From Halomicronema hongdechloris C2206 (GTDB lineage Bacteria > Cyanobacteriota > Cyanobacteriia > Phormidesmidales > Phormidesmidaceae): DNA of 32,000 nucleotides. Positions 26,100 to 32,000 of the stretch are shown here, piece after piece. A program made the translations under genes and the position numbers. A model generated the notes under the pieces. It ran no database searches. It worked only from the letters and a program-made list of their open reading frames with translations, and had not been told where the DNA came from. The stretch spans positions 5,430,001-5,462,000 of the forward strand of contig NZ_CP021983.2 of NCBI RefSeq assembly GCF_002075285.3, written 5' to 3'. The first letter of the stretch is position 1. Each line of letters opens with the position of its first letter.

Positions 26100-26176
26100 G
26101 AGTAGCGGAGACGAAAGTTTCCGTTCACTCCTCACACCACACTCCGCCCAGATGAATTTGATCTGGGCGGTTTCTC
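26100..26176 (+). ncRNA. yfr1: Yfr1 small regulatory RNA
   Basis: 5' stem-loop CGGAGAC-GAAA-GTTTCCG (26106-26123). The single-stranded Yfr1 signature ACTCCTCACAC lies at 26127-26137. The terminator hairpin is CCGCCCAGAT (26144-26153) pairing with ATCTGGGCGG (26161-26170), followed by TTTCTC. It sits in the guaB-type/trxA spacer, where Yfr1 is commonly found in cyanobacteria. Confidence 0.8.
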
Positions 26177-26356
26177 ATGGCAGCCGTTCCCGGGGAACAT
26201 TCCACTCAATACCGCGGCCCTCTAATCCTATCCACTCCACCATTATCCTGAGTCCAGGCCAAGCATTGTATCCTAATGTGTCAGTCCTCAGACAAGGCTG
26301 ATGGATATTGGCTATGGTAAGATTCTGATGAATAGCGAAGGCAAGGATATCTAGGC

Positions 26357-26677
26357 ATGGCAGCCGCACAAGTTACGGATTCCACATTCAAGCAAGAAGT
26401 CCTGGAGAGCAACGTTCCGGTGCTAGTCGATTTTTGGGCACCTTGGTGTGGCCCTTGCCGGATGGTTGCACCCGTTGTTGAGGAAATTGCTGAGCAATAC
26501 GACGGTCAAGTTAAAGTCGTTAAAGTCAACACAGACGAAAATCCCAGTGTCGCCAGCCAATATGGCATCCGCAGCATCCCTACGCTGATGATCTTTAAGG
26601 AGGGTCAACGGGTTGATATGGTGGTCGGCGCCGTTCCCAAGACGACTCTGGCAAATACTCTGGAAAAGTATCTCTAG
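26357..26677 (+). CDS. trxA: Thioredoxin
   Basis: 106-aa ORF with the active site [10 protein letters not shown] and a typical TrxA fold sequence. Confidence 0.95.
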   Translation: MAAAQVTDSTFKQEVLESNVPVLVDFWAPWCGPCRMVAPVVEEIAEQYDGQVKVVKVNTDENPSVASQYGIRSIPTLMIFKEGQRVDMVVGAVPKTTLANTLEKYL

Positions 26678-26720
26678 GATAAAGTGTTCCAAGCCTAGCC
26701 GGGTACGGCTCTATGGTCTC

Positions 26721-26756
26721 AGCAGCCTCCAGGTGCTTATCTGGAGGCTGCTTTGT
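26721..26756 (+). terminator. Probable trxA terminator hairpin
   Basis: A 12-bp perfect stem (AGCAGCCTCCAG pairing with CTGGAGGCTGCT) has an 8-nt loop and is followed only by TTGT, so the U-tract is weak. Confidence 0.55.
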
Positions 26757-26890
26757 AGGCAAGGCCATGTCGGAGATGTGCTTTAGACCTGCAGATGAGG
26801 CCACGTTTAATCGGTTTAATCTGGTCATTACCTGAGGGACTACTATTCTCGATAGAATGAAGTGCTACCTATCGAGATGGCTCTGAACTT

Positions 26891-27955
26891 ATGGTTGCCC
26901 TTCCCTCAGAACTTTCAGCGTCGGCCCAGGCAGATTTGCTAGCGGTGCTAGAACAGTTACCCAATATGCCCCACGGCAAGCTGATTCGGAGGGTGCTTGA
27001 AACCATTTTGCGGATGATGGGGCGCGAAGCCGATCGGTTGGATTGGAAAATCCTCAACTCTGCTCTGCAGGATATGGAGCAAGGCTTTCAGATTTTCTAT
27101 CCCTATCGCCACATTCGTAAAGTTACGATTTTTGGCTCGGCTCGGCTTAGCTCCGATACCCCAGAGTATGGACTAGCCAAGGCCTTTGCCCAACGGATTA
27201 CTCAGCTGGGCTTCATGGTTATGACCGGAGCCGGCGGTGGTATTATGCAGGCCGGCAATGAAGGAGCAGGAGCCGCTCAATCCTTTGGGCTCAATATTCA
27301 ACTGCCCTTTGAGCAAGGAGCCAACCCGATCATTGCTGCCGACCCCAAACTGATTAATTTCAAGTATTTCTTCACTCGCAAGCTCTTCTTTCTACGGGAA
27401 AGTGATGCCCTCGTGTTATTTCCCGGTGGATTTGGCACCCAGGACGAAGCCTTCGAAGCCCTGACTCTAGCCCAAACCGGCAAAGCCGATCCTTTACCGT
27501 TGGTGCTTGTCGACTATCCCGGTGGCACCTATTGGAAAAATTGGGATCGCTATATCCGTGATCACCTATTGGAGCGAGGGTTGATCAGCCCGGATGACCC
27601 CAGCTTGTATACCATTACTAGTGATGTAGAGGCTGCCTGTGATGCGATTACCAGCTTCTATCGTGTCTTTCACTCCTATCGCTATGTCAATGACCGCTTA
27701 ATCATCCGGCTCAAGTGCGCATTGCCAGAGCAGGTGATTGAGCAACTGAATCGGGATTTCAGCGATATTTTGATCAAAGGATACATCGAACCTACCAGGG
27801 CTCTGCCGGAAGAAAAGGGCGATGAAACAGCTCATTTGCCTCGGTTGAGTATGTACTACAACCACCGTGACTTTGGCCGACTCTATCAGCTAATTCGGAT
27901 GATCAACCAGTTGGGTCTGCACAGCCCCGAGTCCGATCATCCAGAACAGAAATAA
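26891..27955 (+). CDS. LOG-family (TIGR00730-type) nucleotide phosphoribohydrolase-like protein with extra N- and C-terminal regions
   Basis: The LOG motifs are TGAGGGIMQAGNEGA and PGGFGTQDEAFE. About 75 aa precede the LOG core and about 100 aa follow it. Confidence 0.8.
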   Translation: MVALPSELSASAQADLLAVLEQLPNMPHGKLIRRVLETILRMMGREADRLDWKILNSALQDMEQGFQIFYPYRHIRKVTIFGSARLSSDTPEYGLAKAFAQRITQLGFMVMTGAGGGIMQAGNEGAGAAQSFGLNIQLPFEQGANPIIAADPKLINFKYFFTRKLFFLRESDALVLFPGGFGTQDEAFEALTLAQTGKADPLPLVLVDYPGGTYWKNWDRYIRDHLLERGLISPDDPSLYTITSDVEAACDAITSFYRVFHSYRYVNDRLIIRLKCALPEQVIEQLNRDFSDILIKGYIEPTRALPEEKGDETAHLPRLSMYYNHRDFGRLYQLIRMINQLGLHSPESDHPEQK

Positions 27956-27967
27956 GGTGTCTTCTGC

Positions 27968-28984
27968 TTATTCCCCGTATGCTGCTTCTGAGGTGATTTT
28001 GCCTCGAAACACCACATACTGGTAAATGTTGTAGGCCAGCATGATTGGAATTAAAAAGCCGATAAAGATGATCATGAATACTAGGGAACTGGGGGCGGCC
28101 GCCGCCTGATAAATACTGATTTGGGTGGGAATAATGTAGGGAAATACGATCATGGCCAGCCCTAAAAAGGTGAGCACGAAAATCGATATGGTCCAAATAA
28201 AAGGAGCCTGCTCGGCTTGGGCATTGAGGCTGCGAAGCAATTGCCAGATGAATAAAATCCCCAGCAGGGGAATGACGGCAAATACATAGATTTGGGGGGC
28301 TTGAAAGAGTCGCTCCCGGGCATATTCAAAGAAGATGGGCGTTGTAATGGTGATTAACACGGCTCCCACCAGTGTCGTGATCGCTGCAAGCTTCGCGGTT
28401 CTGTAGTGGGTCTCTTGCAGCGGACCACTGGTTTTCATAATCAAATAGGTGGAGCCGATCAAGACATAGCCCTGAATCAGGGTGAGGGCGATTAGCAGGG
28501 ATTGCCAGCTGAGCCAATCCCAGGTGCTGCCAATGAAGTGCCCTTGATCATCGACCTGAATGCCAGCCAGCACTGCTCCTAGAGCAAATCCCTGTCCTAG
28601 GGCAGCTAGAAAACTGCCAGCCCCGAAGGCTAAGTTCCAGAAGAATTTACGGCGGGCATGTTCACGAAACTCAAAGGCAACGGCTCGAAAGATCAAGCCG
28701 AAAATCATCATCCAGATAGGCATGTAGAGGGCATTCAAGATAGTGCCGTAGGCCAGAGGGAAGGCGCCAAACAGACTCCCCCCCATGATTACCAACCAGG
28801 TTTCGTTGGCATCCCAAACATTGCCTAGGCTGGTCATCAGAATACCGCGACGCTCCTCAGTGGAGGAGGTCAACGACAAGATACCCACTCCCAGGTCGAA
28901 GCCATCTAGCATCACGTACAGCAGTAAAAACAGGGCCAGAATGGCAAACCAGACCTGGGGTAGAAAGTAATCTAGGGTTTCCAT
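27968..28984 (-). CDS. cydB: Cytochrome bd ubiquinol/plastoquinol oxidase subunit II
   Basis: Polytopic membrane protein. The start at ATG 28984 (METLDYFLPQVWFAILALFLLLYVMLDGFDLG) is the typical CydB N-terminus. The longer ORF in the track overlaps cydA. Confidence 0.9.
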   Translation of the reverse strand: METLDYFLPQVWFAILALFLLLYVMLDGFDLGVGILSLTSSTEERRGILMTSLGNVWDANETWLVIMGGSLFGAFPLAYGTILNALYMPIWMMIFGLIFRAVAFEFREHARRKFFWNLAFGAGSFLAALGQGFALGAVLAGIQVDDQGHFIGSTWDWLSWQSLLIALTLIQGYVLIGSTYLIMKTSGPLQETHYRTAKLAAITTLVGAVLITITTPIFFEYARERLFQAPQIYVFAVIPLLGILFIWQLLRSLNAQAEQAPFIWTISIFVLTFLGLAMIVFPYIIPTQISIYQAAAAPSSLVFMIIFIGFLIPIMLAYNIYQYVVFRGKITSEAAYGE

Positions 28985-28991
28985 GGAATTC

Positions 28992-30425
28992 CTACTGTTT
29001 AGCTTCGACCGGGCGCTGATTGGGTTGATGCTGGGCAGTACTACCATCCTCGGGGCCAGAAGCCTCTAGGGAAGGGACCGGCATCTCTAAGTTAGGGCCG
29101 TGGCGAATGATGCGACTGCCGAAATATAGGGCTGAGATAAACAGCAGTGTATAGATCGTGGCAAATATGGTGAGGGAGGTTAATACATCTCCGGCCGGTA
29201 AGTTAGAGGCGGCATCTACGGTACGAATTTTGCCATAGACAGTCCAGGGTTGCCGACCGACACAGCGAACGATCCAACCGGATTCAACGGCGATGTACCC
29301 CAAGGGCGCTGACAATAACCAGCCCCGCATTAACCAGCGCTGTTGCGAAATGGTCTCGGCGGATAACTTGCCCCGCACCCATTGCAGGGTCGTGATTAGC
29401 ATTAACCCGGCTAAGAAGAAGCCAATACCAACCATGGTGCGGAAGGAGTAGTAGATTAATCCCAGTTGATGGGGACGATCTTCGGGAGCAAAGTCTTTCA
29501 ACCCATAAACTGGGGCTGAGAGGGTGGGTTTGACTTCCAAAATATAACTGAGAGCTTTGGGAATTTTAAGTTCCCAGGTATTGGTCTCGGTTTGCTGGTT
29601 GGGCCAGGCTAATAGGCTCCAGTCGGCAGCTTCACCAGCTGGCAGCGTCTCCCATTGCGCTTCCATGGCTGCAAGTTTGGTGGGCTGTTGATGGTAGACT
29701 TGCTCGCCACTGAGGTGGCCAATATAAATTTGCAAGGGGGCCACTGCGATCGCAAGGGCCAAGACGATCTTGAAGGACTTACCGAAGAACTCTGGATGAC
29801 GCTGGTTGAGAATATACCAGGCGCTGATGCCACCAATCACAAACAGGGAGGTTTCCAGGGTGGCCATAAACATGTGGGCGACGCTATTGACCATGAAGGG
29901 GTTGAAGATGGCCTCAAAATAGTCCCGCACGATGAATTTGCCATTGGCCAGGAAGTCTCCACCAGCTGGGGTCTGCATCCAAGAATTAGCAGTCAAAATC
30001 CAGAATGTAGAGAGATTGGCCCCGAATGCCACCATGATGGTGGCGACATAGTGCATCACGGGAGGCACTCGCTTCCAGCCAAATAGCATGATGCCCAGGA
30101 ATCCGGCCTCTAGCATGAAGGCCATGGCCGACTCAAAGCCTAGGATACTACCTAGGAAGTCGCCCGTTGCCTCTGATAATGGGGCCCAATTGGTGCCAAA
30201 CTGAAACTCCATGGGCAACCCCGAGGCCACGCCAATGCCAAAGTTTAAGACATAGAGTTTGGCCCAGAAACGGGCGTGGTGGTAGTACTGGGGCTGTTTA
30301 GTCTTTAGCCATAGTCCTTCGACAATCACTAAGTAAATGGCCATGCCAGTGGTCAAGACTGGCCACAGCATATGGAAGATAGCCGTTAGGGCAAATTGCA
30401 GGCGCGATAGGGCAACAACGTCCAT
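28992..30425 (-). CDS. cydA: Cytochrome bd ubiquinol/plastoquinol oxidase subunit I
   Basis: The start at ATG 30425 (MDVVALSRLQFALTAIFHMLWP) is the typical CydA N-terminus. The ORF also contains GWIVRCVGRQPW. It ends 7 nt upstream of cydB. Confidence 0.9.
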   Translation of the reverse strand: MDVVALSRLQFALTAIFHMLWPVLTTGMAIYLVIVEGLWLKTKQPQYYHHARFWAKLYVLNFGIGVASGLPMEFQFGTNWAPLSEATGDFLGSILGFESAMAFMLEAGFLGIMLFGWKRVPPVMHYVATIMVAFGANLSTFWILTANSWMQTPAGGDFLANGKFIVRDYFEAIFNPFMVNSVAHMFMATLETSLFVIGGISAWYILNQRHPEFFGKSFKIVLALAIAVAPLQIYIGHLSGEQVYHQQPTKLAAMEAQWETLPAGEAADWSLLAWPNQQTETNTWELKIPKALSYILEVKPTLSAPVYGLKDFAPEDRPHQLGLIYYSFRTMVGIGFFLAGLMLITTLQWVRGKLSAETISQQRWLMRGWLLSAPLGYIAVESGWIVRCVGRQPWTVYGKIRTVDAASNLPAGDVLTSLTIFATIYTLLFISALYFGSRIIRHGPNLEMPVPSLEASGPEDGSTAQHQPNQRPVEAKQ

Positions 30426-30733
30426 AGCAACTCCTGAGGTAGGCAATGGGCCGATGGACAGCCTGGGCAGAAGAATGGGCCGCCATCGGCGTCAGAGGCA
30501 TCGCTGGAGACGCCCTCCCTTCCATCTTGCCGAATCTGATAGAAAATAACTTGCTTAGAGAAAAACAGTTGATTTAGAGTCCTCACGGCAAGACGATGGA
30601 TGCCACGCTTAGTCTAACGAGAATTTACTCGTGAGCTCAGGAGTCACCGGATATCCCTGAAGATCAAGGGTTCACAAGGAATCGACGATTTTAGCCGCCA
30701 TTTAGTCACATTGACTGCCCCAGCGTAGTGCAA

Positions 30734-31612
30734 CTATTTAGGCGTGGGGAAATAAAGCACTGGATGCCAGCAACGGCGCAAGATGTCGCGGGTGAGGCTG
30801 GGAATAGACCATTTCATGAATCCGCCAATGCCTCGGGAGCAGGTTGCGATCGCACCGATGTCGTGATGGGTAGCTGCCTTGATAATCTCCTCCAAGGGGT
30901 CTCCTTGCTGGATGGAGGTGTTCACCACCAACCCCAACTCAGCCAAGTCCGCCTGGACCTGATCCAGGCGAGCCTGGGCCTCAATTTTAGGCTGATCCCC
31001 CTGCAGCTCTCGACGAATGCTATCGTCAATCACCCATAATAGGCGACAGCGCTCCAACACAGAGTTGGGATTGCTGGTCACCTGCTGTTTGATTAGATCA
31101 ATCAATGCATCAGCCCCATCACTACCGTCATAGGGCACTAACAAGTAGCGAAATAGAGAGCTACAGCGCAGCTCTAACTCAGCCGTGGTGTAGGTAGAGA
31201 TGAGCTGCGGTCTGAGAATGATCATGGGCACAGTGGTCTTCTCCGAGAGCCGCATCGTGGTACTACCGAAGAGTTTTTCTTCCAGCAATGTCCGGGTCGG
31301 CGTGCCCAGAAAAATTACCTCAATGTCATAGGTTTGCACCAGCCGCAAGATGTTGTCACTAGAGCGGCCCGACTGCACCTCGATGACAGCCTCAGCCTCA
31401 GCCGGCACGTCCCGCAGCCGCTCCTTGAACATCTGCTGCACCGACTCGATTGCCTCATCGTCAATGCGGGGAATTTCCCGCTCGGTTTCAATGGCGACGT
31501 TGTGGAAGAACACGAAATACCGAATGCCGCCCGCTGTCAAGCTAGGTACGAACTGCAGTAGTCGATCGATGCCATCTGTCAAATCAGTACAGATGAGGGC
31601 CCGTTGAAACAT
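30734..31612 (-). CDS. Universal stress protein, tandem USP domains
   Basis: 292-aa ORF with two USP-like halves. The C-terminal ATP-loop-like segment is CSRGIGGFMKWSIPSLTRDILRRCWHPVLYF. Confidence 0.8.
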   Translation of the reverse strand: MFQRALICTDLTDGIDRLLQFVPSLTAGGIRYFVFFHNVAIETEREIPRIDDEAIESVQQMFKERLRDVPAEAEAVIEVQSGRSSDNILRLVQTYDIEVIFLGTPTRTLLEEKLFGSTTMRLSEKTTVPMIILRPQLISTYTTAELELRCSSLFRYLLVPYDGSDGADALIDLIKQQVTSNPNSVLERCRLLWVIDDSIRRELQGDQPKIEAQARLDQVQADLAELGLVVNTSIQQGDPLEEIIKAATHHDIGAIATCSRGIGGFMKWSIPSLTRDILRRCWHPVLYFPTPK

Positions 31613-32000
31613 GATTAATCGCTAACCCATAAGGGACCGAACGGCTCGATCCAAGGGTATCATCCCAACTTTTATTGCAGACGACAGAATCTGAAGGAAT
31701 ACAAATAGCGCTGGCGGCTGTGCCAGAGCTATGGAAGTAAGCAAATATACTCAAAAACCTAGCGATTTATATATCTGAGCTGGGTTACTCAGAGTCTGGC
31801 TGTCTATTCTGGCTGTCATGTGTAGCTATTCTGTTGAGATAACTGCCTAGATCTAGAGACTGCCCTGGCAAAATGTCACCTGAGATCTCGGAACCACCTC
31901 CTGGCAGCTCAGGGATGCCATGGTTCAAAACCATAGGCTTGCAAGCGTCGGCTTTTCCAAGCATCTAGCAGTCATCAAGTATAGGGGTGGTGACCAATCG

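Noticed and set aside
31613-32000. A possible gene end or small ORFs at the right edge.
   Set aside because: All three minus-strand frames hit a stop within about 80 nt of the edge, and the plus-strand ORFs are very short. There is too little sequence to support any call.

Overview
This looks like a core-chromosome segment of a cyanobacterium. I found 15 copies of the HIP1 octamer GCGATCGC by eye. A textbook Yfr1 sRNA sits in the guaB3-trxA spacer. Cyanobacteria-typical genes are present: a DUF512 FeS protein, a Cya1-type FHA-adenylate cyclase, a KtrA-like protein, a TolC/HgdD-like protein and cytochrome bd.

I call 27 protein-coding genes, one truncated at the left edge, and most are housekeeping. 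They are: an active/inactive M16 peptidase pair; a hypothetical-GH15-GH57 cluster; a secreted collagen-like protein with a convergent secreted DxDxDG protein; an orphan ABC ATPase; rsmG; a TerB-like protein; the FHA-cyclase; a multi-pass membrane protein; uppP; the DUF512 protein; tolC; ddl; a Hanks Ser/Thr kinase; anmK; ktrA; guaB3; trxA; a LOG-family protein; cydAB; a tandem-USP protein; and two small conserved-looking hypotheticals. I saw no transposase, integrase, CRISPR array, tRNA or rRNA.

The structure that the genes do not explain is non-coding:
(i) An 820-bp gene-free gap (22023-22843) holds a 9 x 24-nt tandem array with an ordered variant gradient, two 70-nt direct repeats bracketing mutually exclusive hairpins, and STRR-like heptamer tracts.
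(ii) A 750-bp gap (17785-18533) holds a very strong orphan intrinsic terminator and a plausible promoter, which suggests a candidate sRNA of about 105 nt.
(iii) A dispersed element made of heptamer repeats (two of the three copies also carry a 25-nt core) lies directly after the stop codons of three minus-strand genes.

I do not see a convincing novel multi-gene protein system. The best candidates for something undescribed are the 22-kb repeat/RNA locus, which lies next to an unknown protein and a kinase, and the collagen-like secreted protein.
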